Part shown: positions 19,112-31,151 of the stretch, one piece after another
Layout: each line of letters starts with the position of its first letter
Position numbering within the stretch: position 1 is the stretch's first letter
Origin: Thiomicrorhabdus sp.
GTDB taxonomy: Bacteria; Pseudomonadota; Gammaproteobacteria; Thiomicrospirales; Thiomicrospiraceae
NCBI GenBank assembly: GCA_015488565.1
Contig: WFNQ01000007.1
Location: 1 to 38,063, forward strand
Direction of reading: 5' to 3'
DNA: 38,063 nt
Made by a program: the position numbers and the translations under genes
Notes under the pieces: model-generated
Told to the model about the DNA's origin: nothing
What the model saw: the letters and a program-made list of their open reading frames with translations, nothing else
Database searches by the model: none

Positions 19112-19144
19112 AAGGGGAGGAAAACTCCTCCTCTTTTTCTTTCT
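19112..19144 (+). terminator. Probable terminator after the porin
   Basis: GGGGAGGA-AAAC-TCCTCCTC hairpin followed by a T-rich run, between convergent porin and radA. Confidence 0.65.
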
Positions 19145-20524
19145 TTACAGCACATCCAGTGCTTGTTGTAAATTTTTCACTCCAATAATATCCATATTAG
19201 GTATACCCCCTTTGGGAACGTTTCCTATCGGAACAATGGCGCGTTTAAAGCCATGTTTTGCCGCTTCAAATAACCGCTCTTGACCACTTGGAACAGGACG
19301 AATTTCACCTGCCAGCCCCACTTCACCAAATACGATTAACTCTTGTGACAGCGGTTGATCTCGCATACTGGATAGAATCGCAGATAAAACAGCCAAATCC
19401 GCAGAGGTTTCGGTAATTTTCACCCCCCCCACTACATTGACGTATACATCTTGATCGCTGGCTTGAATACCTCCGTGTCGATGCATCACCGCAAGCAACA
19501 TAGCAACACGATTTTGGTCTAAACCAACCATCACTCGCTTGGGTGCGCCAAAAAGAGAGTCGTCTACCAATGCTTGTATTTCAACCAGCAGTGGGCGTGA
19601 GCCTTCCCAAACCACCATCACAACAGAACCAGAAGAGGCCTCTTCGCCACGGGATAAAAAAATCGCTGAGGGGTTTTTAATTTGCCTCATGCCTTTATCG
19701 GTCATGGCAAAAACCCCCAGTTCATTCACCGCACCAAAACGGTTTTTAATCGCTCTCAGTGTTCTAAAGCGGCTGTCGGACTGCCCTTCTAAAAACAGAA
19801 CAGTATCCACAATATGTTCCAAGACCCTTGGTCCGGCCACTTCACCTGATTTGGTGACATGCCCCACTAAAAAAATGGCGATATTATTTTGCTTTGCAAA
19901 CCGAGTTAAAAATGCGGCGGCTTCTCTCACTTGAGACACGCCACCTGCCGCGCCACTGACCTCAGAAAGTTGCATGGTTTGAATGGAGTCGATGACCATA
20001 ACCATCGGTGACTCTTTCACAGCCGAATGCGTAATTAATTCCACATCGGTTTCGGTTAATAAGCGCAGTTTTTCATCGGGAAGCTGCATACGCTTGGCAC
20101 GCAGTGCCACTTGCTGTAACGACTCCTCTCCGGTCACATACAAGACATTATAGTGTGTACTTAATTCACACATCACCTGCAATAAAAGAGAAGATTTACC
20201 CACCCCTGGATCGCCACCAATTAATACCACGGAACCTGGCACAATGCCACCGCCCAGCACACGATCCAGCTCTTTCATGCTGGAGGATATTCTTGGCACT
20301 TCGGCTAAATTAACATCCGATATATTTTTAACCTGTCCCTCTGCCACACCAGAATAGCCTTTCGCGGCCATCTTTGAATCAACAGGGGGGGGGGAATTTT
20401 TTCCTGAACTGAGTTTAATCTCTTGCAAGGTATTCCAAGCACTGCACGCCACGCACTGACCTTGCCACTGAGAATGATCTGCCCCACAATCGGTGCAAAC
20501 ATAAGCGGACTTAATTTTTGCCAT
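19145..20524 (-). CDS. radA: DNA repair protein RadA/Sms
   Basis: CxxC-CxxC zinc finger, GGDPGVGKS, KNRFG and Lon-like C-terminus (GEVGLAGEIR). Confidence 0.97.
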   Translation of the reverse strand: MAKIKSAYVCTDCGADHSQWQGQCVACSAWNTLQEIKLSSGKNSPPPVDSKMAAKGYSGVAEGQVKNISDVNLAEVPRISSSMKELDRVLGGGIVPGSVVLIGGDPGVGKSSLLLQVMCELSTHYNVLYVTGEESLQQVALRAKRMQLPDEKLRLLTETDVELITHSAVKESPMVMVIDSIQTMQLSEVSGAAGGVSQVREAAAFLTRFAKQNNIAIFLVGHVTKSGEVAGPRVLEHIVDTVLFLEGQSDSRFRTLRAIKNRFGAVNELGVFAMTDKGMRQIKNPSAIFLSRGEEASSGSVVMVVWEGSRPLLVEIQALVDDSLFGAPKRVMVGLDQNRVAMLLAVMHRHGGIQASDQDVYVNVVGGVKITETSADLAVLSAILSSMRDQPLSQELIVFGEVGLAGEIRPVPSGQERLFEAAKHGFKRAIVPIGNVPKGGIPNMDIIGVKNLQQALDVL

Positions 20525-20610
20525 AATGGTATTTCAACTTTAATATTCTACCCAAACCCCTACATAGAAACGTGAAAAATAGTGTAAGGATTTGGGTTCT
20601 AAAAAACGTA

Positions 20611-22161
20611 CTAAGAAGCCTTCGTTTCAGAAACCGTTGTCTCTGTCACTTCAACAGGAATACCTTGAAATGCAATCGGCGTTTCATCTGGAAAAATTTC
20701 TGAGAAAGGTCGTGACCGACTGCCTCCTTGCACAATTCGAACATGCTGTCTTGTCAATCCACGAGGCTCTGTTACCCCACAAGAGTGTGCAATCATCTCC
20801 ACTTCATGAATCAGGTTATGGTGAAAATTCATCACTCGTTGCGATTTTATCTTAGGCGACAAGCCACTTTGCAAACGTACATTGTGCGTTGCAATACCCG
20901 TTGGGCAGGTATCTTTGTGGCAATGCATTGATTGGATGCACCCTAACGAAAACATAAAACCACGCGCAGACGTAATAAAATCCGCACCAACCGCTAATGC
21001 CCAGGCGACCATCGTAGGATTGGTTAATTTACCAGAGGCAATTACTCGTACTTGATCACGTAGTCCATACTTGGTTAGAATATCGATTACATAAGGAAGC
21101 GATTCGTTCAGTGAAATCCCCACATCATCCATCAAAGCAACGGGGGCAGATCCCGTCCCACCTTCAGCACCATCAATGGTAATAAAATCAGGCGCACTCT
21201 CTAGCCCCACTTCATGAATACGTTTACAAAGACTCTCAAGCCAGTCAGGTGCCCCCATAACAAATTTAAAGCCAACGGGTTTTCCTGTCACCTCTCTAAT
21301 TCGAACAATCATATCCAATAGATCATCGTTACAGCCGATATCCGCATGACGATTTGGACTGAGAGAGGCTTCACCCATTGGAATGCCGCGAATTTCTGAA
21401 ATTTCTTTGGTAATTTTCGCGGCAGGAAGCATGCCTCCTTTCCCAGGTTTGGCTCCCTGACTCAGCTTAATTTCAAACATTTTAACTTGCTCTAACGCAG
21501 CCGCCTCTCTCAGCTTCTCATTGCTTAAATGACCATTTTTATCACGATAACCATATTTCGCGGTTCCAATTTGCGCCACTAAATCCGCTCCTCCTTCTAA
21601 ATGATAAGGAGAGATTCCCCCCTCTCCAGTATTCATCCAGCAACCTGCTTTTTTAGCGCCCTTGCTTAAAGCCAAAACAGCTGGCTTGGATAAAGCCCCA
21701 AAACTCATTCCTGAAATATTAAAAATAGAATTTGCTTTAAAAGGCGTTTTGCAATTCGGCCCAATAACCAAGGGGGGGGAAGAAACTGCATCCCTTTCTA
21801 ATAAAGGGAAAGGACAGCTGGTAAAAAGAATTTTACCAGGAAAGTTAATATTTCGGGTTGAACCAAATGCCGCTGTGGTTGATAGATTTTTTCCTGCGCG
21901 GTAAACCCAGCTTCTTTGTGCACGATTAAATGGACGCTCATCTTGATCTGCTGCAAACATGTATTGACGTAAAAACGTACCTAAATACTCAAATAGATAT
22001 CGAAAACGGGCAATCACTGGGTAATTATGTCGTATCGCATGTTCCGTTTGAAAGCGGTCAATAAAGTAATACACAATAATTAAGAGAAAAACAAACCCGA
22101 CCACTAAAATAAACACCATGGCCATCCAATCTAATACCGTATTCACCCATGTTATATCCAT
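20611..22161 (-). CDS. Stand-alone FMN-binding glutamate synthase family protein
   Basis: N-terminal TM; SGMSFGALS, NTGEGG, EIKLSQGAKPGKGG, DGAEGGTG and CIQSMHCHKDTC (3Fe-4S) motifs. Confidence 0.92.
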   Translation of the reverse strand: MDITWVNTVLDWMAMVFILVVGFVFLLIIVYYFIDRFQTEHAIRHNYPVIARFRYLFEYLGTFLRQYMFAADQDERPFNRAQRSWVYRAGKNLSTTAAFGSTRNINFPGKILFTSCPFPLLERDAVSSPPLVIGPNCKTPFKANSIFNISGMSFGALSKPAVLALSKGAKKAGCWMNTGEGGISPYHLEGGADLVAQIGTAKYGYRDKNGHLSNEKLREAAALEQVKMFEIKLSQGAKPGKGGMLPAAKITKEISEIRGIPMGEASLSPNRHADIGCNDDLLDMIVRIREVTGKPVGFKFVMGAPDWLESLCKRIHEVGLESAPDFITIDGAEGGTGSAPVALMDDVGISLNESLPYVIDILTKYGLRDQVRVIASGKLTNPTMVAWALAVGADFITSARGFMFSLGCIQSMHCHKDTCPTGIATHNVRLQSGLSPKIKSQRVMNFHHNLIHEVEMIAHSCGVTEPRGLTRQHVRIVQGGSRSRPFSEIFPDETPIAFQGIPVEVTETTVSETKAS

Positions 22162-22193
22162 CTACTTCCCCTACATTAACGATTTTAATCACG

Positions 22194-22224
22194 AGTATAA
22201 CAGCTCGTAACGTACTTATGACAA
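22194..22224 (-). promoter_or_regulatory. Possible promoter of the glutamate-synthase-like gene
   Basis: Minus strand TTGTCA-N19-TATACT with an extended TG; ACGAG-N8-CTCGT dyad (22191-22208) straddles the -10. Confidence 0.4.
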
Positions 22225-22314
22225 AAGACATTTCCCCTAATTCAGAGAAAAACATACAAATTTAGAGTGTTATAGATATCTCTAGTGTGAGAGGTCTCTT
22301 ATCATCAAATTAAC

Positions 22315-22351
22315 AAAAAAAAAGCCCTACCGACATACGGTAGAGCTTTTT
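22315..22351 (-). terminator. Terminator after petC
   Basis: AAAAAGCCCTACCG-ACATA-CGGTAGAGCTTTTT, with a U-run on the minus strand. Confidence 0.85.
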
Positions 22352-22402
22352 AAACTATTTGAGAAAAATAACAAATCGAATCATTATTATATCAAATAAA
22401 AA

Positions 22403-23062
22403 TTAATGCTTAATATCTCGCCAATACTCTTTCTTCAAAAGATAAAGTAACAACAATAGAACCAATAAGAACGCAATGACTTTCCAACCTAAGTCTAAAC
22501 GTTGAAGCTTGGAAGGCTCACCCGCATAAGCGAGAAAATTAGTAATATCTCGCGCCGCTTCAGCATACTCTTCAGGGGTTGAATGGCGCTCAATCCCTTC
22601 CAGTACATTTGGCATCGCCGTACCTTTCAGCACCTTATTATTCCACTCACCCTGATCATCTTGATGATAAGCACGTAAAAAGGTGTAAATATAATCATCC
22701 CCCTTCAAACGCGCCATTAAAGATAAATCTGGAACCTTCGTCCCCAATACATCTAATGCCACGCCATCTTGCATACGAGTCATCACATTATCTGTCACGG
22801 TATCCAATCCGTGCGCCATATCGCTAATGACCTCTGCATCACTCCAGCCTAAATCACGCGCAACACGGTTGTAGCGCATGTATTTAAGAGAATGACACGC
22901 CATACAGTAATTAGAAAACAGTACCGCACCACGTTTAAGTGATTCTTGATCACGTAGGTTATTATTAGCAGACTCCAATTCAATCGAGTATCCACCCGCC
23001 GCTTGAACGTTTATTGTCAATGGCAACAACAATAAACTCGCTATCCATAAAATCTTTTTCAT
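22403..23062 (-). CDS. petC: Cytochrome c1
   Basis: Signal peptide, CMACH heme motif, PDLS, AMP ligand Met, C-terminal TM ending KKEYWRDIK. Confidence 0.95.
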   Translation of the reverse strand: MKKILWIASLLLLPLTINVQAAGGYSIELESANNNLRDQESLKRGAVLFSNYCMACHSLKYMRYNRVARDLGWSDAEVISDMAHGLDTVTDNVMTRMQDGVALDVLGTKVPDLSLMARLKGDDYIYTFLRAYHQDDQGEWNNKVLKGTAMPNVLEGIERHSTPEEYAEAARDITNFLAYAGEPSKLQRLDLGWKVIAFLLVLLLLLYLLKKEYWRDIKH

Positions 23063-24304
23063 TTAGGTCACCCTCTCTGGAACAGGTTTGGTTTTTTCAT
23101 TCGCCGATGTAAACGGCAGAACCAAGAAGAACATAAAATACAAGGCCGTAAAAATTTGCGCCAATTTAGTGTAAAGCGGCGTAGATGGCTGTGTACCTAA
23201 AAACCCTAAAACAAAGAAGCTAATCACCAAAATGGTCAATAACACTTTATACGAGTTACCACGATAACGTATTGATTTCACCTTACAACGATCTAACCAT
23301 GGTAGAGCAAACAAGATGACAACCGCCGCACCCATGGCAACCACGCCTAAGAACTTATCTGGCACCGCTCTTAAAATGGCATAGAAGGGCGTAAAGTACC
23401 AAACGGGCACAATATGATCAGGCGTTTTCAGCGGATTAGCTGGTTCAAAGTTAGGTGCTTCAATAAAATATCCCCCCCCTTCTGGTGCATAGAACAGAAC
23501 CAATGCAAACAGAATAAAGAAGAACACCGCACCCATCGCATCTTTCACCGAATAATACGGGTGAAAACGAATGCCGTCTAATGGAATGCCTTTATTGTCT
23601 TTTAACTTCTTAATCTCAATACCATCGGGGTTATTTGACCCTACATGATGCAACGCTACTAAGTGCATAAAGACTAAAATAACCAAGACCAATGGCAGCG
23701 CAATCACATGCAAGGCAAAGAAACGGTTAAGTGTGACTTCAGAAATAACAAAATCACCACGAATCCATAGCGCTAAATCCGGTCCAATCACTGGAATGGC
23801 ACCAAATAAGGAGATAATTACCTGAGCTCCCCAAAAAGACATTTGCCCCCAAGGTAAGAGGTATCCCATAAAGGCTTCAGCCATTAATACTAAGAATAAT
23901 AGCATTCCAATGACCCAAACTAACTCTCGTGGCTTTTTATAAGAACCGTATAGCAGAGCCCGCATCATGTGTAAGTAAATCACAATAAAGAAGGCCGAAG
24001 CACCTGTTGAATGCAAATAGCGTAGTAACCAACCCCACTCAACATCACGCATAATATATTCAACCGAGCTGAACGCACCTGCATTTGTTGGTACATAGCT
24101 CATAGTTAACCAAATACCCGTTACAATTTGATTTACCAGCACGATTAATGCGAGTGAGCCAAAGAAATACCAAAAGTTAAAGTTTTTAGGCGCGTAATAT
24201 TCACCCACGTGTTTATTCCACGTGCTTGAAACAGGATAGCGTTCGTCAAACCAACCTAATAAAGACGACTTTCCTGAAGATGATTCATTTGTTTGATTCG
24301 ACAT
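23063..24304 (-). CDS. petB: Cytochrome b
   Basis: GWLLRYLHSTGAS, GYLLPWGQMSFWGAQVI, RFFALH and the PVWY Qo motif. Confidence 0.97.
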   Translation of the reverse strand: MSNQTNESSSGKSSLLGWFDERYPVSSTWNKHVGEYYAPKNFNFWYFFGSLALIVLVNQIVTGIWLTMSYVPTNAGAFSSVEYIMRDVEWGWLLRYLHSTGASAFFIVIYLHMMRALLYGSYKKPRELVWVIGMLLFLVLMAEAFMGYLLPWGQMSFWGAQVIISLFGAIPVIGPDLALWIRGDFVISEVTLNRFFALHVIALPLVLVILVFMHLVALHHVGSNNPDGIEIKKLKDNKGIPLDGIRFHPYYSVKDAMGAVFFFILFALVLFYAPEGGGYFIEAPNFEPANPLKTPDHIVPVWYFTPFYAILRAVPDKFLGVVAMGAAVVILFALPWLDRCKVKSIRYRGNSYKVLLTILVISFFVLGFLGTQPSTPLYTKLAQIFTALYFMFFLVLPFTSANEKTKPVPERVT

Positions 24305-24921
24305 TATGCCACCCCTCCTTCAGTTGGGTCTTCCCCAACACGAATAATACTCTCTGTACGAAAATGGTAAGGTGGAATCACTAGATTTGTCGGTGCAGGA
24401 ACCGATTTAGCAACACGACCTGCCAAGTCAAAACGAGAACCATGGCAAGGACAGAAAAAGCCGCCTTTCCACCCCTCTTGCATATCAGGAGACCCTACCG
24501 CAGGACGATACAAGGGAGCACATCCTAAGTGAGTACAAATTCCAACGACCACTAAAAACTCTTCATTAATCGAACGAAATGCATTTTTACTGTAATCGGG
24601 CTGTATGGATTCATTCGAATCTGGATCACGTAGCTCTGTAACATTTTCCGTTAAAATCTTTAACATTTCAGGCGTTCTACGAACGACCCAAACAGGCTTT
24701 CCACGCCATGAAACGGTTAACATTTGTCCAGGCTGTAACCGACTCACATCAGCATTAACTGGTGCGCCAGCCGCTTTAGCCCGTTCACTGGGCATCCAAG
24801 ACCCTAAAAAGGGTACTGCCATAAAACCAGCACCCACTGCCCCCACAACCCCCGTTGCGCCTGTTAGCACTTTGCGACGTGTTAAATTCACATCTGTACT
24901 TTTTTGATCTTCTGTCGACAT
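24304..24921 (-). CDS. petA: Rieske iron-sulfur subunit of the bc1 complex
   Basis: Tat motif TRRKVL; CTHLGC and CPCHGS Rieske boxes. Confidence 0.97.
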   Translation of the reverse strand: MSTEDQKSTDVNLTRRKVLTGATGVVGAVGAGFMAVPFLGSWMPSERAKAAGAPVNADVSRLQPGQMLTVSWRGKPVWVVRRTPEMLKILTENVTELRDPDSNESIQPDYSKNAFRSINEEFLVVVGICTHLGCAPLYRPAVGSPDMQEGWKGGFFCPCHGSRFDLAGRVAKSVPAPTNLVIPPYHFRTESIIRVGEDPTEGGVA

Positions 24922-24974
24922 ATCACCTTCCTAGTTATGCGCAAGCAAATCTCTATTGAAAAAAACATCACGGC

Positions 24975-25040
24975 AGTATATACCGATAAAGTGATTAAAT
25001 AAACCCTAAAAACCCTAAAATCTTTATAAGCTCAGCTTAT
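24975..25040 (-). promoter_or_regulatory. petABC promoter region with -10 TATACT and a LysR-type dyad
   Basis: TATACT at 24975-24980 (minus strand); perfect dyad ATAAGC-TCA-GCTTAT at 25026-25040 containing T-N11-A. Confidence 0.45.
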
Positions 25041-25086
25041 GGAAGTTATTTATAGTTCTTATCAAAAAAAGCCTTTCACATGCCTC

Positions 25087-25827
25087 TTAAACAGGGTTTT
25101 CAATATCAATATGATGATGCACCACCCCAAACCGCTCAGCCAAATGTACTCCCAAACAGTAAACACCAAGCGTTTCCGTAGCATGATGGCCTGCGGCTAA
25201 ATAGTGTAAACCAAGCTCTCTCGCTAAATGCGTGGTTTGTTCAGACACCTCACCACTAATATAAACATCCGCTCCCCACTCAGCCGCTTGCGTAATATAG
25301 TGTTGCGCTCCGCCACTGCACCAAGCAACCGTTTTCACCCGATCTTTTCCTCCTGGCAAATGCAACGCTTCTCGCCCCAAGCTATCGGAGACCAACCGTT
25401 TAAAATCTTCCACACTCATCGCGGCTGGTAACGTGCCTAAACGTAATAAACCTGGTTCTGGTGTAATATCCTTCAACTGCCACAGCTTTCCAAGTTGAGC
25501 ATTATTCCCAACCTCTGCATGACCATCCAAAGGCAGGTGATACCCCAGTAAATTAATGTTATTTACTAGCAAACTTTTAATGCGCTTTTGCTTCATTCCT
25601 ACAATGGATAAGGGTTCATTTTTCCAAAAAAAGCCATGATGCACTAAAACGGCATCTGCTTTGAGCTTAATCGCTTCATCAATTAATGCTTGGCAAGCCG
25701 TCACACCCGTTACAATCGTATTAATTTCTTCCCCCCCCTCTACTTGTAAACCATTGGGAGCATAATCCTTATATTGTTCAATCTCCAAGAAATTATTGAT
25801 ATAACGAACCAACTCTGAACGCTTCAT
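25087..25827 (-). CDS. Nif3-like dinuclear metal centre protein (YbgI family)
   Basis: DYAPNGLQVEG, VHHG, YHLPLDGH and AGHHATE motifs; ATG 25827 with a GGAG RBS. Confidence 0.93.
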   Translation of the reverse strand: MKRSELVRYINNFLEIEQYKDYAPNGLQVEGGEEINTIVTGVTACQALIDEAIKLKADAVLVHHGFFWKNEPLSIVGMKQKRIKSLLVNNINLLGYHLPLDGHAEVGNNAQLGKLWQLKDITPEPGLLRLGTLPAAMSVEDFKRLVSDSLGREALHLPGGKDRVKTVAWCSGGAQHYITQAAEWGADVYISGEVSEQTTHLARELGLHYLAAGHHATETLGVYCLGVHLAERFGVVHHHIDIENPV

Positions 25828-25855
25828 TTCACTCTCCATTCTTAAAATTTGACAC

Positions 25856-25894
25856 AAAAAAACCACTCGTCCAAAAAAGAAGGAGTGGTTTTTT
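25856..25894 (-). terminator. Terminator-like hairpin after hisD
   Basis: AAAAAACCACTC...GAGTGGTTTTTT inverted repeat. Confidence 0.7.
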
Positions 25895-25914
25895 ATTTAA
25901 GGACATAAAAATAA

Positions 25915-27216
25915 CTACGATTTAATACGATACCTTGCCGATGCCGCATGCGCTTGTAGCCCTTCGCCATCAGCCAACACTCCCGCAACTTTTCCGAGCG
26001 TACTCGCACCTTTATGGGAGCACATAATCAAACTCGAACGTTTTTGAAAATCATACACGCCTAAAGGAGAAGAAAAACGCGCGGTTCGAGACGTTGGCAA
26101 TACATGATTTGGCCCCGCACAATAATCACCAATGGCTTCCGCCGTATAACGTCCCATAAAAATAGCGCCTGCATGACGAATTTTTGGTAAAAGGGCTTTT
26201 GGGTCTTCAATCGATAACTCTAAATGCTCTGGCGCAATAATATTAATCATTTCTAACGCTTGCAATTCATCCTCGACCACGATAATAGCTCCGCGATCTT
26301 CTAACGCTTTACGAATGATGTCTTGACGAGGCATGGTCGGTAGCAATTTATTCATGCTATCCAATACTTTACCCGCAAATTCCGCATCTGGCGTGACTAA
26401 AATAGACTGCGCATCTTCATCGTGCTCTGCCTGTGAAAATAGATCGACGGCAATCCAATCTGGATTCGTCTTACCATCACAATACACCAGTATTTCAGAT
26501 GGCCCAGCAATCATATCAATGCCCACCGTCCCAAACACCATGCGCTTAGCCGTAGCCACATAAATATTACCTGGGCCCACTATTTTATCCACCGCAGGAA
26601 CGGTTTCAGTACCATAGGCCAGTGCCGCAATCGCTTGTGCCCCCCCTAAAGTGAACACCGCATCAACCTCACAAATTGCCGCAGCAGCCAACACCATATC
26701 GTTCACTTCACCATCGGGTGTGGGAACCACCATAATCAATTTTTCAACCCCAGCTACTTTGGCAGGAATCGCATTCATAATAACAGAAGAAGGATAAGCG
26801 GCCTTTCCGCCAGGCACATACAACCCAACGGTATCTAAAGGGGTAACTTGTTGTCCCAGCATGGTGCCATCTGACTCCTCATAACTCCAAGAAGACTGAA
26901 TTTGTCTCTCATGGTAATCACGAACACGCTGTGCCGAAACTTCCAATGCGTCACGTTGTTCTGTTGGAATTCGCAATAACGCATCTTGTAAGCGTGACTG
27001 AGAAACTTCCAAGTCTGCCGCAGATGTTAAAGAGAGACGGTCAAATTTAGCGGTATACTCTAATAATGCGGTATCGCCATTGGCGCGAACATGATTCACC
27101 ACCTCTTTTACAATATCATTAACCGACTCATTAGAAACGGTTTCCCATGCAAGAAGCTGATCTAATTCAGCTCTAAAATCCGCTGCACTCGCAGATAATC
27201 GACGAATATTAAGCAT
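25915..27216 (-). CDS. hisD: Histidinol dehydrogenase
   Basis: [40 protein letters not shown] and GPNHVLPT motifs. Confidence 0.98.
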   Translation of the reverse strand: MLNIRRLSASAADFRAELDQLLAWETVSNESVNDIVKEVVNHVRANGDTALLEYTAKFDRLSLTSAADLEVSQSRLQDALLRIPTEQRDALEVSAQRVRDYHERQIQSSWSYEESDGTMLGQQVTPLDTVGLYVPGGKAAYPSSVIMNAIPAKVAGVEKLIMVVPTPDGEVNDMVLAAAAICEVDAVFTLGGAQAIAALAYGTETVPAVDKIVGPGNIYVATAKRMVFGTVGIDMIAGPSEILVYCDGKTNPDWIAVDLFSQAEHDEDAQSILVTPDAEFAGKVLDSMNKLLPTMPRQDIIRKALEDRGAIIVVEDELQALEMINIIAPEHLELSIEDPKALLPKIRHAGAIFMGRYTAEAIGDYCAGPNHVLPTSRTARFSSPLGVYDFQKRSSLIMCSHKGASTLGKVAGVLADGEGLQAHAASARYRIKS

Positions 27217-27850
27217 TATTTTTCTCTATTACTAATTTAAACTGTTCAACAATGGTGTTAATTTGATCAAATTTTGTTTTATACGCATGTTGGTTCACAA
27301 TCAAACGTGAACTAATTTTAGCGATGTGCTCCATTGGCACAAGTCCATTAGCACGAAGTGTATTACCCGTATCGACCAAGTCCACAATACGATCAGCCAA
27401 ATCAATCAATGGGGCAATTTCCATTGAACCATACAACTTAATCAAATCAACCTGCTCCCCTTTTTGGGCATAGTACGCTTGGGCAGACTTAATGTATTTA
27501 GTGGCAATTTTTAGACGATGCCCATGTGGCTTTTCAATTTCAGGTCCAGCAACCATCAAATCACATTTTGCAATTTCTAAATCAAGCAACTCATATAAAT
27601 TATCGGTCGGTGCTTCCATTAGAACATCTTTACCCGCGACCCCAATATCCGCTGCACCATGTGCGACATACGTCGGCGCATCGGTTGCACGAACAATCAG
27701 TAAACGAACATTTTTTTGATTCGTCGGGATAATTAGCTTACGACTTTTAGTCGGGTCTTCTAATGGTTCAATACCTGCGGCTTCTAATAACGGCAGGGTA
27801 TCTTTATAAATACGCCCTTTAGAGAGCGCAATAGTTAACTGTTCATTCAT
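27209..27850 (-). CDS. hisG: ATP phosphoribosyltransferase, short form
   Basis: [18 protein letters not shown] and [14 protein letters not shown] motifs; 213 aa with no C-terminal regulatory domain, so HisZ-dependent. Confidence 0.96.
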   Translation of the reverse strand: MNEQLTIALSKGRIYKDTLPLLEAAGIEPLEDPTKSRKLIIPTNQKNVRLLIVRATDAPTYVAHGAADIGVAGKDVLMEAPTDNLYELLDLEIAKCDLMVAGPEIEKPHGHRLKIATKYIKSAQAYYAQKGEQVDLIKLYGSMEIAPLIDLADRIVDLVDTGNTLRANGLVPMEHIAKISSRLIVNQHAYKTKFDQINTIVEQFKLVIEKNNA

Positions 27851-27906
27851 AATCGTCTTTCAATATTTTATTTATAAAAATGGTAAGAAGCTATCGCAAC
27901 TCAACC

Positions 27907-29390
<1,484 letters not shown>

Positions 29391-29411
29391 GTCTTTATTA
29401 CTCCATAAATT

Positions 29412-30185
29412 TTATTGGCGTATTTTAACGCCTTTGCGTAATAAAATCAGATTTATCGTAGAGACCAATACCAAGAACACAAGTGTTACCAATAAACTCA
29501 CATAAACAGAGACATCCGACTGCTCAAAGAAACCGTAACGAAACCCATCAACCATATAAAAAAATGGGTTAAAAAAGGACAATTGTTGCCAAAACATGGG
29601 TAAAGCATGAATGGAATAAAAGACGCCACTTAAAAAGGTTAAAGGCATAATAACAAAGTTTTGAAAGGCAGCCAAGTGATCATATTTATCGGAAATAATT
29701 CCGGCCAGCATCCCCAAACCACCCATCATCGCCGCACTTAAAACAGCAAAAACAAGTACCCAAAAAGGCGACTGCCAAGTTAAATCAAAGCCAACCATAC
29801 CAATAATTAAAATACCTAATCCAACCACTACCCCCCGCACAATGGCGGCGCCAACAAAGGCAATATAAAACTCAAAAGCAGAAATGGGGCTTAACAAGAC
29901 AAACGATAAGTTACCATGCATTTTGGATTGAATAAGGCTGGATGACGTATTTGAAAACGCATTTTGCAATATCGCCATCATCACCAAACCTGGAATCAAA
30001 AACTGACTATAGCTTATCTCGCCATAGGTCTCTATTTGCGTATCTAAAACATGTCCAAATACCAATAGATACAACAGCGTCGCGACAATCGGTGCAAAAA
30101 CAGTCTGCACCACCACCGAATAAAAACGGCGTACCTCTTTAATAAACAGTGCCCAGCAGCCTAACCAATTACTTTGCATCTGCAC
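29412..30185 (-). CDS. ABC-2 type permease (YadH-like)
   Basis: KEVRRF, PGLVMM, PLTFLSGVFYSI and NPFFYMVDGFRYGF motifs. Confidence 0.9.
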   Translation of the reverse strand: MQMQSNWLGCWALFIKEVRRFYSVVVQTVFAPIVATLLYLLVFGHVLDTQIETYGEISYSQFLIPGLVMMAILQNAFSNTSSSLIQSKMHGNLSFVLLSPISAFEFYIAFVGAAIVRGVVVGLGILIIGMVGFDLTWQSPFWVLVFAVLSAAMMGGLGMLAGIISDKYDHLAAFQNFVIMPLTFLSGVFYSIHALPMFWQQLSFFNPFFYMVDGFRYGFFEQSDVSVYVSLLVTLVFLVLVSTINLILLRKGVKIRQ

Positions 30186-31101
30186 TGCCCTCTGCGGTTA
30201 GATCTAAAAAAACCTCCTCCAACGAGGCGTCTCGACTGCTTACATCCACCACCTCTAGCTGACTCTCATGCAACCAAGCCAATAACTGAGTCAAAGAAGC
30301 GGTTTTTTCCAACTTAAAGACCAAACCATTTAGGTCTTTTTCCACTAATCGCTCCTGAAGTGGCGCAATCAAATGGTTAACAGCACCTCCCAATGTCACT
30401 CTTAAATAGCGATAGAGATGTTTTGACAACAACGCTTGTGTCGAATCCAAGGCTTTAACCTCTCCTTGTTGCATAATCGCAACCTTATCACATAGCGCTT
30501 CAGCCTCTTCTAAATAGTGAGTGGTTAAAATAATGGTATGCCCCTGCTGATGCAGCTCCTTAGTAAAGTCCCATAGCGTACGGCGTAAATCCACATCCAC
30601 CCCTGCCGTAGGTTCATCTAAAACCAACACCTTTGGGCGATGCACCAAGGCCATTGCAATCAACACACGGCGCTTCATTCCCCCTGATAGCTGTCCAGTA
30701 TTGGCATCCGACTTATCCGACAGCGCCAATCGCTCTAACAACTCTCCAACCCACGCTTTTTGCTTTACACCTGTTAAACCAAAGTACCCTGACTGCAAAT
30801 CCAATAACTCACGAATTGAGAAAAAAGGATCGGCAATCAACTCTTGAGGCACCAGCCCTAATAAGCGTCGAGTTTGACGATAGTCCTTCTGAACATCAAA
30901 TCCTTGAATTTCAATGCGCCCAGAGGTGGGAATAACCAATCCTGACATGGCATTAATCAAAGTGGATTTACCCGCACCATTAGGACCTAATAAACCAAAA
31001 AAAGCACCCTCTTCTACATCAAAAGTAATGCCTTTTAACGCAGACAAGTCGCCGTATTTTTTTATAACGTGATGAAAGCAAACCGCAGCGGAACGAGACA
31101 T
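30169..31101 (-). CDS. ABC transporter ATP-binding protein (YadG-like)
   Basis: GPNGAGKST, LSGGMKRR, LDEPTAGVD and TTHYLEEAE motifs. Confidence 0.92.
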   Translation of the reverse strand: MSRSAAVCFHHVIKKYGDLSALKGITFDVEEGAFFGLLGPNGAGKSTLINAMSGLVIPTSGRIEIQGFDVQKDYRQTRRLLGLVPQELIADPFFSIRELLDLQSGYFGLTGVKQKAWVGELLERLALSDKSDANTGQLSGGMKRRVLIAMALVHRPKVLVLDEPTAGVDVDLRRTLWDFTKELHQQGHTIILTTHYLEEAEALCDKVAIMQQGEVKALDSTQALLSKHLYRYLRVTLGGAVNHLIAPLQERLVEKDLNGLVFKLEKTASLTQLLAWLHESQLEVVDVSSRDASLEEVFLDLTAEGSADAK

Positions 31102-31151
31102 AAAATACCAAATAGACTAAATGTAAATAAAAAAAGAGAAAAAAGTGATGG

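Noticed and set aside
19539-19934. 131-aa ORF and the other short ORFs nested in or antisense to the annotated genes (e.g. 15820, 24605, 28394, 34455, 35250, 35886)
   Set aside because: All overlap well-supported genes and show the typical antisense-frame composition
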